From the NCBI GenBank assembly GCA_963729895.1, contig CAVSQB010000001.1, forward strand, positions 1 to 64,000: DNA of 64,000 nt, read 5' to 3'. Below, piece by piece: positions 8,751 through 18,661 of this stretch (its first letter is position 1; each line of letters starts with the position of its first letter). The stretch is from an uncultured Fibrobacterota bacterium. Its GTDB lineage: Bacteria; Fibrobacterota; Chitinivibrionia; Chitinivibrionales; FEN-1185. The notes under the pieces were generated by a model that saw nothing but the letters and a program-made list of their open reading frames with translations, was not told the DNA's origin and made no database searches. The position numbers were made by a program, and so were the translations under genes.

Positions 8751-9685
8751 TGGAGCGCCTCCGCACGGAGGGATACAATTTCAACTTTTTCCAGGCGCTC
8801 TCGCTCCTTGAGGAGAAATACGGCGCGGAGCAGGGCGCGGCCCGCCCCATGGAATCCGGGAGAGTTCACCTGGTATCCGACGACTCGCTTGCGTTTCCGC
8901 CGAGCGACATCGCCCGCGTGCGTGAGACGAAGCAGGGCGTGGAGTTTGTGTTGTCGTTTATGGGTCTTATCGGCGTTTCCTCGCCGCTGCCGCTTTACTT
9001 TACAGAGTACATCGCGCGCCACGAGGAGACATCCGAGCCGCTCAGGGATTTTCTTGCCCTGTTCAACCACCGCATGTACACACTGTTTTTCCGGGCGTGG
9101 CAGAAATACCGGTTTATCGGCATGGCAGCCGCGCTCGCAGGCAATCCGGTTGCGCAGCGCATCGCAAGCCTCGCAGGCATCGACCGCGCGCGGATTTCCG
9201 ACCCGTTTTTCTCTCACTCGCTCGCCTACACCGGAAGCCTTACAGGCAAGGCGCGTCCCAAACAGGCGCTGTGCGCCCTGCTTGCCGATTACTTCGGCGG
9301 CCTGCCAATTGCTCTATGCGAATGGCAGCCGCGCTGGACCGAAATCCGTACTCCCACGAGGGTAGGCGTGGACTCGCGCCTGGGCGTCACCTCGATGCTG
9401 GGGACCAGAAAATGGGACATTTCCGGAAAGTTCCGCGTGTCGGTGGGCCCGCTTCCCCGCGCAACCTTCGAGACATTCCTCCGCGCTTCTGACAACATCG
9501 CCGCCATGAAACGGCTCGTGGCGCTGTTCCTGGGCGATCCTCTTGAATTCGACATCGAGGTCAAGCTTGAGAGCAGCGAGCTGGTGCCGGTGATCCTGGG
9601 CAAAGACAATTCCCGCCTTGGCGAGACGTCGTCGCTTGGAAAATCGGACAAGAAGAGCGATATTCAGGCGATTATAATAGAGTGA
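8714..9685 (+). CDS. tssG: Type VI secretion baseplate subunit TssG
   Basis: FNFFQALSLLE...SLAFPPSDI...FMGLIGVSSPLPLYFTE...DFLALFNHR; overlaps the 3' end of tssF. Start could also be 8738 or 8750. Confidence 0.93.
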   Translation: MGIAEGHKVADLMERLRTEGYNFNFFQALSLLEEKYGAEQGAARPMESGRVHLVSDDSLAFPPSDIARVRETKQGVEFVLSFMGLIGVSSPLPLYFTEYIARHEETSEPLRDFLALFNHRMYTLFFRAWQKYRFIGMAAALAGNPVAQRIASLAGIDRARISDPFFSHSLAYTGSLTGKARPKQALCALLADYFGGLPIALCEWQPRWTEIRTPTRVGVDSRLGVTSMLGTRKWDISGKFRVSVGPLPRATFETFLRASDNIAAMKRLVALFLGDPLEFDIEVKLESSELVPVILGKDNSRLGETSSLGKSDKKSDIQAIIIE

Positions 9686-9920
9686 ATTTCGATTAATTAA
9701 TAAGAATTTTCGGAGGGAAAACCGTTGCCGGTTTCCCCTGGCCCCAAGCCTCCTCGCCGCGGCCCTTTGCAACGAACCCGTCAAGGTATGCCGCTACGCG
9801 GCGATAATTCAAATCGAACAGTTACGCTGTTGTCAACTATCGCTCGCGGGTTATACCTTGAGGCAAGTGCAAATTGTGCGGTGAAATAAGAGACATAAAG
9901 AGGAAGAGGAAAATGAATGA

Positions 9921-11264
9921 CTATTGATTAGTCCTTAAAAACACAATCGCGCCGCCGAGAATCGTCGCGTGCGCAAACCCTTTGAGTTCGAGGCCTTCAA
10001 ACGGCGTGTTGCGAGACTTGGAATAGAAGAAGGAGGAAGCGACCTTCCATTTTGTTTTCGGGTCGATGATGGTGATGTCGGCGGGCTTGCCGAGCGAGAG
10101 GGTGCCGCCGTCGAGCCCCAGGATGCGGTTGGGCATAAGGCTCATCTTTTCGACGAGGTCGGCGGGCATGAGTATGTCTTTGTCAACCAGATAGGTGAGC
10201 GCGATGGCAAGCGAGGTTTCGAGGCCGATAACCCCGAAACTTGCCGCGTCGAACTCAACGTCCTTTTCCTCTGAAACGTGCGGCGCGTGATCGGAGGCGA
10301 TGACGTCGATGGTGCCGTCGGCAAGGGCCGCAATAATCTCGGCGCGGTCCGCTGCGGTACGGAGCGGGGGGTTCATCTTGCGGTTGGTGTCGTAGTCGCC
10401 GATATCCTCGTCGCACAGCGTAAAGTAGTGCGGGCAGGTTTCGCAGGTGACGTGCACGCCGAGCTTCTTGGCGTCGCGGATCGCCCGCAGGCTTCCTGCA
10501 GTTGACACGTGCGCAATGTGGATGCGCGCGCCGGTGTAGGACGCGAGCATGATGTCGCGCGTGACGACAATGTCCTCCGCGATGGACGGGATTCCGCGTA
10601 GCCCGAGCCGCGTGGACACAAGGCCCTCGTTCATGTGGCCGCCGGCCGAAAGATCGCTGTCTTCGCTGTGGCTGATAACCGGGATACGGAACGATTTGGA
10701 ATAATTGAGCGCGTTCTTCATCATGTTCGATTTGCGCACGCTCTTGCCGTCGTCGCTCACGGCACGTGCGCCCGCGCGCACCATTTCGCCGAAAGGCGAC
10801 AGTTCCTCGCCCAGAAGGCCCTTAGTGATTGACCCCACCGGATAGATGCGGCAGGGACAATACATGCCGCGCTGGACAACGTACCGGATCTTTGATTCCT
10901 CGTCGAGCACCGGGTTTGTGTTGGGCATGCATGCAACTGCGGTAAAACCGCCCGCGGCCGCCGCCTGCGTGCCTGTCTCGATGGTCTCCTTGTCCTCGCG
11001 GCCCGGCTCGCGAAGGTGCACGTGCATGTCCATGAGACCGGGTACGACCCACATTCCCTCTGCATTGATTTCTTCCTGGGGCCTGAAACCGGACGGAACC
11101 TCTTTGTTCACAAACCGGATAACGCCGTTTTCCACTCCGACGTTCAACTGATCGTCAACCGAGTTGGCCGGGTCTATCACCCGGCCGTTCTTGATCAAGA
11201 TACACGAAGGATGGGCTTCCTGTCCGGGAAGGTAGATGGCCTGGCCGTTTGGTTTCTTATGCAT
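9921..11264 (-). CDS. pyrC: Dihydroorotase
   Basis: DMHVHLREPG, CMPNTNP, KMNPPLR, ASDHAPH motifs; downstream of pyrB. Confidence 0.95.
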   Translation of the reverse strand: MHKKPNGQAIYLPGQEAHPSCILIKNGRVIDPANSVDDQLNVGVENGVIRFVNKEVPSGFRPQEEINAEGMWVVPGLMDMHVHLREPGREDKETIETGTQAAAAGGFTAVACMPNTNPVLDEESKIRYVVQRGMYCPCRIYPVGSITKGLLGEELSPFGEMVRAGARAVSDDGKSVRKSNMMKNALNYSKSFRIPVISHSEDSDLSAGGHMNEGLVSTRLGLRGIPSIAEDIVVTRDIMLASYTGARIHIAHVSTAGSLRAIRDAKKLGVHVTCETCPHYFTLCDEDIGDYDTNRKMNPPLRTAADRAEIIAALADGTIDVIASDHAPHVSEEKDVEFDAASFGVIGLETSLAIALTYLVDKDILMPADLVEKMSLMPNRILGLDGGTLSLGKPADITIIDPKTKWKVASSFFYSKSRNTPFEGLELKGFAHATILGGAIVFLRTNQ

Positions 11265-12183
11265 TCTCCCCGCCTCCGAGCAGAAAAAGCACGGCCATGC
11301 GCACCGCAACGCCGTTGGTCACCTGGTCGAGGATGACGCTCTTGCCGCAGTCGGCCACGTTCGAGGCGAGCTCGATGCCGCGGTTGATGGGGCCGGGGTG
11401 CATTACAATGATGTCGTCGGGGAGCCTGTTGAGTTTGTCAAGATCGAGCCCGTAGCGTTCGCGGTACTCGCGGATCGACGGGAACAGGCCCGCGCCCTGG
11501 CGCTCGAGCTGAAGCCTCAACAACATCACCACGTTGGCGCCGCGCAGTGCCTCATCCATGCTGTCGGTGACGCGGACGCCGAGAACTTCCGGATGCTGGG
11601 GCAGCAGGGTGGGCGGCCCGCACAGCGTCACGTCCATGCCCATCGTCTTCATTCCCCAGGCGTTGCTGCGCGCCACGCGGCTGTGCAGTACGTCGCCGAT
11701 GATGGCGACCTTGAGGCCGTCGAGCCTCCCGAATTTTCTGCGGATCGTCATCATGTCGAGCAATGCCTGCGTGGGGTGCTCATGCAGGCCGTCACCCGCG
11801 TTGATGATGGCCGCGTCGGTGCAATGGGTGAGGAACGACGGCGCGCCGGCTGCGCTGTGGCGCACCACCACCATGTCGATCTTCATTGCCTCTATGTTTC
11901 GCATCGTGTCACGCAGCGATTCTCCTTTTGCAACCGAGCTTGTCGACGTGGAGAAATTGAGGGGCTGGGCGGAGAGCCGCTTTTCCGCAAGTTCGAAGGA
12001 CATGCGCGTGCGGGTGCTGTTCTCAAAAAAGAGGTTGACCACCGTCTTGCCGCGGAGGGTGGGCACCTGGGGGATTTCACGCTGGAGCACCTCGTAGAAG
12101 CTGTCCGCCGTGTCGAGGATCAGGGTGATGTCTTCCCTGGAAACGCCTTGAAGACCGAGCAGATGCTTTATGGAAAGTGCCAT
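11257..12183 (-). CDS. pyrB: Aspartate carbamoyltransferase catalytic subunit
   Basis: FFENSTRTRMSF, INAGDGLHEHPTQALLD, MHPGPINRG. Confidence 0.97.
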   Translation of the reverse strand: MALSIKHLLGLQGVSREDITLILDTADSFYEVLQREIPQVPTLRGKTVVNLFFENSTRTRMSFELAEKRLSAQPLNFSTSTSSVAKGESLRDTMRNIEAMKIDMVVVRHSAAGAPSFLTHCTDAAIINAGDGLHEHPTQALLDMMTIRRKFGRLDGLKVAIIGDVLHSRVARSNAWGMKTMGMDVTLCGPPTLLPQHPEVLGVRVTDSMDEALRGANVVMLLRLQLERQGAGLFPSIREYRERYGLDLDKLNRLPDDIIVMHPGPINRGIELASNVADCGKSVILDQVTNGVAVRMAVLFLLGGGENA

Positions 12184-12186
12184 TAG

Positions 12187-12735
12187 TCAATCACCCTTTT
12201 CCAGTTCCATGAGCCACAGGCAGTCTTCGCCGTCTATTTCCTTTACCTTGAGCGACACTTCCTGGTTCTTCCTGGTGGTGACGGTCATGCCAATGTAGTC
12301 GGCGCGGATGGGCATCTCACGATAGTCGCGGTCGATGAGCACTGCGAGCTGGATGGTCTTGGGCCTGCCGAAGTCGTTGAGCGCGTCGAGCGCGGCGCGC
12401 ACGGTTCTCCCCGTGTAAAGCACGTCATCTACCAGGACCATGTCGATGCCGTTGATGTCGAAGGGAATATGCGTCACCTGGACCTTGGGCTGCTTGAGCG
12501 CCATGCGGTAGTCGTCGCGATACAGGGTTATGTCGAGTACGCCGGCAGAAAGCGAGGTCTTTTCAAGAGCGTTGATCTTCTCGGCGACGCGGCGGGCGAG
12601 GAACACTCCCCGCGTCTGCATGCCCACGATGCCGAGATTGTTGAGGTCGAGGTTTCTTTCCAGTATCTGGTGGGAAATTCTGGTAAGGGCCCGATCGAGG
12701 GCAGTCGCATCCATAAGGAGTTCGAGCTGCTTCAT
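12187..12735 (-). CDS. pyrR: Bifunctional pyr regulator/uracil phosphoribosyltransferase
   Basis: RISHQILE, LDITLYRDD, LVDDVLYTGRTVRAALDAL, PIRADYIG. Confidence 0.95.
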   Translation of the reverse strand: MKQLELLMDATALDRALTRISHQILERNLDLNNLGIVGMQTRGVFLARRVAEKINALEKTSLSAGVLDITLYRDDYRMALKQPKVQVTHIPFDINGIDMVLVDDVLYTGRTVRAALDALNDFGRPKTIQLAVLIDRDYREMPIRADYIGMTVTTRKNQEVSLKVKEIDGEDCLWLMELEKGD

Positions 12736-12894
12736 CGGCTATCAAAATAGTTTTGCTTGGTGTAAGAAAAAAGAAGAATTTTTTTAACGATTGTCCGGAG
12801 GAGCGGTGGCGGAAAAAAGGCATCAGTGTCCACTACTGTTTATATATTTGTAAGCAGGCCTCCGGAAAACAATTCAGAAAGGAACCGATCACTT

Positions 12895-13257
12895 ATGCCC
12901 CGTCTCATCGAAAAACCAACCATTATCTCCGCTGCCGGAAACAAGCCCAAGACAATCGAGGAATTCATCGGCCGCGTTAATTCGCAAACGCAAAGCGTGA
13001 GCATCGCGCGCATGAAAAGTCCGTCCGGCTGGGCGGAGCCTGGCCAAACACCCGCGTTCGACGAGTATACGGTGGTGCTCAAAGGCTGCCTGCGCGTGAC
13101 ACACAAAAATGGATCGCTTGATGTTGCCGCAGGTCAGGCAGTGATGACGCGGGCCGGCGAATGGGTGCGGTACGCAACGCCAGGCATCGAGGGCGCGGAA
13201 TACGTTGCCGTGTGCGTGCCGGCTTTTTCGCCGGAAACGGTGAAGAGGGACGGTTGA
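12895..13257 (+). CDS. Cupin domain protein
   Basis: AAGNKPKTIEEFIGRVNS...WAEPGQTPAFDEYTVVLKG...GEWVRYATP; cupin two-motif pattern. Confidence 0.8.
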   Translation: MPRLIEKPTIISAAGNKPKTIEEFIGRVNSQTQSVSIARMKSPSGWAEPGQTPAFDEYTVVLKGCLRVTHKNGSLDVAAGQAVMTRAGEWVRYATPGIEGAEYVAVCVPAFSPETVKRDG

Positions 13258-13454
13258 GGAAAAGGGGGAGGCGGCTGACAGCGCCCTTTCGCAGTGGCTG
13301 CGAAGTGGCATCTGTCAGTCGCCCGGGGGAAATTACCGTCTGCCTAACTCTCTTGCGGGGAACTTCCTTTCTGTTGTTTCAAAACAACCAAGACTACGTT
13401 TCCGGGAAACGAATTATTTTCAAAAAATCGAGACGATAAACGAGGGGCTGCGCC

Positions 13455-16400
13455 GTGCGCTACTACGCCGATCTCCACATCCATTCCAAATACTCCCGCG
13501 CGACAAGCAGCCAGCTCGACTTTGAGCATCTATGGCGGTGGGCGCAGATCAAGGGCCTTACGGTGGTGGCCACCGGCGACTGCGTGCATCCCGGGTGGCT
13601 TGCGGAAATCAAGCGGAAGCTCGCGCCGCGCGGCGACGGATTTTTCGAACTAAAAACCGAGCATTCCCGCTCAATGGCGTCCGGTATTCCGCCGTCGTGC
13701 GCGGGGCCGGTCCGCTTCATCCTTTCGACGGAAATCTCAAGCATTTACAAACGCGATGGAAAAGTCCGAAAAGTGCACAACGTGGTGTACCTGCCGGACC
13801 TGGCGAGCGCGGAAAAGCTCGCGGCCCGCCTCGGAGACATCGGCAACGTCCGCTCCGACGGCAGGCCGATCCTTGGCCTTGACTCGCGCGACCTGCTCGA
13901 CATCGTGCTGTCCTGCAGTCCCGAGGCCTTCCTGGTGCCGGCGCACATCTGGACGCCATGGTTTTCGGTGCTCGGCTCGAAAAGCGGGTTCGACACCATC
14001 GAAGAATGTTTCGGCGATCTCACCACGCACATTTACGCGCTCGAAACCGGTTTGTCATCCGATCCTCCTATGAACTGGCGGCTGTCCAGCCTCGACAGAT
14101 TTGTCCTTGTGTCCAACTCCGATGCGCATTCACCGAACAAGCTGGGACGAGAGGCGAATATCTTCGAGACGGATGTGACGTATGCGGCCCTGCTTCGCGC
14201 GTTGCGGGATCCTGCCGACCAAGGACTCGCGGGCACCGTGGAGTTCTTTCCTGAAGAGGGAAAATATCATTACGACGGCCACCGCAAATGTGAAACGCGT
14301 CTGCATCCCCGCGAGACCATCAAGAACAAAGGGTTGTGCCCTGTGTGCGGCAAGCCCGTTACGGTGGGCGTCATGGCGCGCGTGGAGGAGCTCGCCACGC
14401 GGCCCGAGGGCGAAAAGGGAGCGCGCTGGCGCCCGTATCACAGCATGGTTCCGCTCGTTGAAATCATCGGCGAGTGCCTCGGCGCGGGTCCGGCGTCACT
14501 GAAAGTGGAGGCACAATACAACAGGCTCGTGCAGAATATGGGGAGTGAGTTTACGGTTCTGCTCGATGCCCCGCTTGACCGGATAGAAAAGACTGAAGGC
14601 GAGCTTGTCGCGGAAGGCATACGCCGTGTAAGACACGGTGAGATCTCGGTGAAGGCCGGCTACGATGGTGAATACGGAACAATAAAGATTTTTTCGGATA
14701 AAGAGCGTACCTGGAAGAGGTGGCAGACAAGCCTCTTTGAAGACGTTGCGGCGCCAGCATCAACTGCGACGGATCAAGAAAGACCTGCCGCGGCAGCCGG
14801 CCACAGTAAAAAAAAAGCCGTTTTCGAAGACCGGGTCGTCTATCAACCCGCAGACATTCCGCGGGAAAAACAAAGGCAAGAACCCCCTGATGCAGAACTT
14901 AACGAGGCTCAAAAGGCCGCGGTACATCATGCCGGCTCCCACCTGCTGATCATTGCCGGACCCGGCACCGGCAAGACGCACACCCTCATTTGCCGCATAG
15001 CGCACGCAATACCGTTATGCAGGAATAACGAGAAAATCCTCGCCATCACCTTTACCAATAAGGCGGCCGAAGAAATGAGGGAACGTATTTCGGCGCGGGT
15101 GGGACCAGCGGCGGTCCGCGCCATTGACGCGGGCACGTTTCACCAGTTCTGCCTCGGCCTGCTCCGGGCGCACTTTGCCCAGGCCGGCCTGCCTGAGAAT
15201 TTTTCGATAGCCACCGACAGCCAGCGTGACGCCGCGGCGCTCAAGGCGTTTCCCGCCTTGCCTGTGCAGGCCAGAAAAGACCTGCTCGAAACAGTCTCCC
15301 AAAGTAAGAATACGCCGGGGCCGTCCGCTTTGCCATCCGACGTCGAATCGTTCAATCGCGCATTGCACGCAGAAGGACTGCTCGATTTTGACGATATTCT
15401 CTGTAAAGCGGTCCGGTTGCTTGCCGGCAACGACGAAATTGCCCGGACCGTCCGCTCAACCTACTGCCGTGTGTTCGTGGACGAGTACCAGGACATAAAC
15501 GGCATCCAGCACGAACTGCTCAAACTCCTCGTGCAAGGCGGGGTTATGCTCACCGCCATAGGCGATCCCAACCAGGCAATCTACGGGTTCCGCGGATCGG
15601 ACGTCCGGTTTTTCGAACTGTTCGAACAATCGTTTCCCGGCGCAGCCACCATGGCGCTCTCCGAAAACTACCGCTCGGCGCCGAACCTTCTTGAAGCGTC
15701 AGGCACCCTGATAGCCGCAGGCAGCCCTTTGGGCGTGGCGCCCCTCGCGGCACGGTTCATCGGCGAGGGACGGCTCACCGTCCATGAGGCGGCAACGGAA
15801 AACGCCGAGGCGGAATACGTGGTTCATCAGCTGGAAAAGCTCGTGGGGGGCACGAGCATGTTTTCGCACGACAGCGGCAGGGTTGACAGCGGCGACGGCG
15901 GAGGAAGAACCTTCGGCGACTGCGCGGTTTTGTACCGGACCAATGCCCAGAGCCAGCCCATCGCCCTGGCGCTTGGGAGGAGCGGCATCCCGTATCAGGT
16001 TTCGGGGGAGAAGCCGCTGTCGGAATATCCCTTAGTCAAGGAGGCGATGGCATTTCTTTTGAACAGTCGCGGCGCGCCCGGGGAGCCACCGAACACGGAA
16101 GCTGGCCCGGCACTCGAACGGTTTTCGCAGGCGCCGAACATTAGGGAACTCCTCGAAAAAGACCGTCAGGCCAGGGACATCCTCGACCGGCTTGTGCGAA
16201 TCGCGACTCTTTGCACCAGCGCCCAATCATTCATCGATTACATCCTGCTGCAGCACAGCGAAGCCCCGGTTGACTTTCACGCGGAACGCGTGTCGCTGCT
16301 CACCTTGCACGCTTCGAAAGGACTCGAATTTCCCGTGGTATTCATTACCGGATGCGAAAACGGACTCGTGCCGCTCGCGCGCGAAGGGAAACATTTCGAT

Positions 16401-16631
16401 CCGGCCGAAGAGCGCCGGCTTTTCTACGTCGGCATGACCCGGGCAAAGGAACGGCTGTACCTGACCCGCGCTCGCCGGCGAACCATGTACGGGAAGACCG
16501 CAGACACGCGGCCGTCGCCGTTTCTTGCGGATATCAAGGAGGAGCTGAAAACGTATGAAAAGGCCGCGGCGAGGAAGGCGAGGAAGGTTGCGGAAAGCGA
16601 GCAGACGGATTTTCTGGGGGAACTGTTCTGA
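13455..16631 (+). CDS. Endonuclease Q-like PHP domain fused to a UvrD/PcrA-type SF1 helicase
   Basis: ADLHIHSKYS, PAHIWTPW, SNSDAHS, GKYHYDGHRKC...CPVCG (EndoQ-like); AGPGTGKT, VDEYQD, GDPNQAIYGFRG, ENYRS, TLHASKGLEF, EERRLFYVGMTRA (UvrD). Confidence 0.9.
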   Translation: MRYYADLHIHSKYSRATSSQLDFEHLWRWAQIKGLTVVATGDCVHPGWLAEIKRKLAPRGDGFFELKTEHSRSMASGIPPSCAGPVRFILSTEISSIYKRDGKVRKVHNVVYLPDLASAEKLAARLGDIGNVRSDGRPILGLDSRDLLDIVLSCSPEAFLVPAHIWTPWFSVLGSKSGFDTIEECFGDLTTHIYALETGLSSDPPMNWRLSSLDRFVLVSNSDAHSPNKLGREANIFETDVTYAALLRALRDPADQGLAGTVEFFPEEGKYHYDGHRKCETRLHPRETIKNKGLCPVCGKPVTVGVMARVEELATRPEGEKGARWRPYHSMVPLVEIIGECLGAGPASLKVEAQYNRLVQNMGSEFTVLLDAPLDRIEKTEGELVAEGIRRVRHGEISVKAGYDGEYGTIKIFSDKERTWKRWQTSLFEDVAAPASTATDQERPAAAAGHSKKKAVFEDRVVYQPADIPREKQRQEPPDAELNEAQKAAVHHAGSHLLIIAGPGTGKTHTLICRIAHAIPLCRNNEKILAITFTNKAAEEMRERISARVGPAAVRAIDAGTFHQFCLGLLRAHFAQAGLPENFSIATDSQRDAAALKAFPALPVQARKDLLETVSQSKNTPGPSALPSDVESFNRALHAEGLLDFDDILCKAVRLLAGNDEIARTVRSTYCRVFVDEYQDINGIQHELLKLLVQGGVMLTAIGDPNQAIYGFRGSDVRFFELFEQSFPGAATMALSENYRSAPNLLEASGTLIAAGSPLGVAPLAARFIGEGRLTVHEAATENAEAEYVVHQLEKLVGGTSMFSHDSGRVDSGDGGGRTFGDCAVLYRTNAQSQPIALALGRSGIPYQVSGEKPLSEYPLVKEAMAFLLNSRGAPGEPPNTEAGPALERFSQAPNIRELLEKDRQARDILDRLVRIATLCTSAQSFIDYILLQHSEAPVDFHAERVSLLTLHASKGLEFPVVFITGCENGLVPLAREGKHFDPAEERRLFYVGMTRAKERLYLTRARRRTMYGKTADTRPSPFLADIKEELKTYEKAAARKARKVAESEQTDFLGELF

Positions 16632-16763
16632 GAAACAATTGCCCCCCAGGGGAGGTTTTCAACCGACAGAGTGCATCTTCTTGACTTTCGCGTTGGACCA
16701 GACTGGAAATTTCTCCTGCCCAACAGAAAGGGCGACAAGCGCCGCCGCCGGTCTTCTTCTACA

Positions 16764-17435
16764 CTACCCTTTCCCCGGGTATCCCACCGTCTGCCCGAAC
16801 AATGCACGTTTGCCCGGCGGTAATTTCAGGTTTGCCGAAACAGCCGCCTTGTCGCAGTTGTGAAACCACGCAGCCAAGCCGACCGAAGCCGTGAACAGGT
16901 ACACGTTTTCCGCAATGATGCCGGTGTCGACATAATAATAGGCTTTTTGCGTTTCCGCATCGTGCAACCCAGGCTCCTGATATCCTGCCTTGCTGAATTT
17001 GTCAATGTCAACCACATAAATGAGGCGGACAGGCGTCTTTGACCCCCAGCTCCTCTGTCCGCGACCGATTGCCATTGCGCGCAGGTCCTTTGCAATTACC
17101 GGGACCAGACGATGAGCGGCAGGCTCATAGAGGTAAACGCCGTCGGCAGTGGCTGCGTACACTTCAATTTCCTGCGAATTGCTCGCCGAGGCCGCCGTGG
17201 AGCCGGGAACTCCGAAAGGACCCTTTTTCCGATTGATCCCTGCCGCCGCCCATAACAAATTTGACAACACCTGCAGCGGAAGTTTTCTGTTAAGGATTGT
17301 TCGAACGGTTCTTCTTTGTTGCAAAGCAGCAAACACCGCCTTGGAGCGCATCGGTACCGGTTTGGGAAGCGTGATGGGCCGAAACCCGTTTTCGCTGACG
17401 ACAGAAGGCCTCTTCACAGGTCGCGTGCGGATCAT
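16764..17435 (-). CDS. Nitroreductase family protein (SagB/ThcOx-like)
   Basis: LPKP...ALQQRRTVR...LSNLLWAAAGINR...TAASASNSQEI...DTGIIAENVYL...QTVGYP. Confidence 0.85.
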   Translation of the reverse strand: MIRTRPVKRPSVVSENGFRPITLPKPVPMRSKAVFAALQQRRTVRTILNRKLPLQVLSNLLWAAAGINRKKGPFGVPGSTAASASNSQEIEVYAATADGVYLYEPAAHRLVPVIAKDLRAMAIGRGQRSWGSKTPVRLIYVVDIDKFSKAGYQEPGLHDAETQKAYYYVDTGIIAENVYLFTASVGLAAWFHNCDKAAVSANLKLPPGKRALFGQTVGYPGKG

Positions 17436-17575
17436 TTCAACCTCTTTTCCCGTTGGGGTTATTGACGCATAATCGTGACTTTACCAGACGACGAAGCCGG
17501 CAGAATTACGGCTGTTCCGAGCTGGTCCGAAATCCGTTCCGTCACACAACGAGACGGTTTGCCGTAGGCGAAAGA

Positions 17576-18610
17576 TTATGGGCCGAACACAAGAACGAAC
17601 TTTCCCATCTTGTCAATATACCCGTTCGACGTTTTGTCCCGCGCGTGGGCAAGCCCGTCGGAAAACGGCGAGGCCTCGTCGAGCGTTGCGGGAATTACGA
17701 GGGCCCCTGTCTTGTCGATGTAGCCCCACCTGCCTTCAAGGCGCACCGGCGCCAGGCCTTCGGAAAACTGGAGGCCCGCCTCGAAGCGCGGAGTGATGAC
17801 AAATGCGCCCGTCGTGTCGATGTATCCCGATTTTCCCCCGGAAAGAAATCCGAACTCGTCCGGGGTCCCGCCGATCACTACGGCGGCAAGGTTCTGCGAA
17901 AAGCCGTGCGCGATGTCGAACTGCGGCGTAATCACGAAATCGCCGCTTCTGCCGATGTACCCGCATTTCTGCGCCGCCCTGTCGCCGTATTCGTCGCTTG
18001 CCGCATGGACAATGGCCATTGCGCGGCCGCAGGAAAAGTCGCCGGCCAGATCGAAGCGCGGGTTGATGACGATCCGCCCCTTTGTATCGATGAACCCGCG
18101 GCGTCCCCACTGCTCGTCGCCGATGCGGATCTTGGCAAACCCCTGGTGGAACGGGTAGGCCACGTCAAATTGCGGTGCAATGACCACGGCTCCCCTTTTG
18201 TCAATGTATCCCCATCTGCCGTGCACGGCAACGGCGGCAAGCCCCTCGGAGAAATCGCCGGCGAGTTCGAACTGCGGATTGATGACGAAGGCGCCGGAAG
18301 AATTGATAAATCCGCGGCGCGCGCCCACGTCGCCGCCTATCTTCACTTTTGCGAGTCCGTCCCGGAACTCGCCCGCGGCGTCGAATTGCGGCACAACGGA
18401 CCATTCGCCTTTTTTGGTGATGTATCCCCACAGGCCTTTGCTTTGCGCTGCGGCAAGACCGTCGCAGAAATCACGGCCCGCGGAACACGGAAGTTTGATG
18501 CAGGCCATGCTTGCGGCGGCTTCGCCTGATTTTGGAACGGGTTTTTGGCCGCCCTGCGAAAGAGAGAAGAGCACGGCAATGGTGACAAGCGCGTATGAAC
18601 CGTTTTTCAT
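17576..18610 (-). CDS. Secreted WG-repeat protein
   Basis: Signal peptide plus about seven repeats of F(S)EGLA(A)V...WG(Y/F)ID..G..VI.P.F. Confidence 0.9.
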   Translation of the reverse strand: MKNGSYALVTIAVLFSLSQGGQKPVPKSGEAAASMACIKLPCSAGRDFCDGLAAAQSKGLWGYITKKGEWSVVPQFDAAGEFRDGLAKVKIGGDVGARRGFINSSGAFVINPQFELAGDFSEGLAAVAVHGRWGYIDKRGAVVIAPQFDVAYPFHQGFAKIRIGDEQWGRRGFIDTKGRIVINPRFDLAGDFSCGRAMAIVHAASDEYGDRAAQKCGYIGRSGDFVITPQFDIAHGFSQNLAAVVIGGTPDEFGFLSGGKSGYIDTTGAFVITPRFEAGLQFSEGLAPVRLEGRWGYIDKTGALVIPATLDEASPFSDGLAHARDKTSNGYIDKMGKFVLVFGP

Positions 18611-18661
18611 CCCCGGCCTCCTTACGTGTGCGGGAAGATGGCATGCCTATGAAAATAATTA

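Noticed and set aside
6573..9685. Prophage or eCIS baseplate
   Set aside because: The motifs match T6SS TssE/F/G, and no sheath, tube, capsid or terminase genes are present.
12736..12830. PyrR-binding attenuator upstream of pyrR
   Set aside because: No AGUCCAGAGAGG-like binding loop or terminator/antiterminator pair was seen.
17490..17565. c-di-GMP-I riboswitch upstream of the nitroreductase (minus strand GGCAAACCGTC...GACGG...ACAGCCG...CTGCC)
   Set aside because: It lacks the GNRA tetraloop and the conserved GACGCAAAGC segment; the resemblance is only partial.
17576..18500. Periodic DNA repeats that might be a CRISPR-like array
   Set aside because: They are the degenerate coding repeats of the WG-repeat protein; there are no identical repeats with unique spacers and no cas genes.
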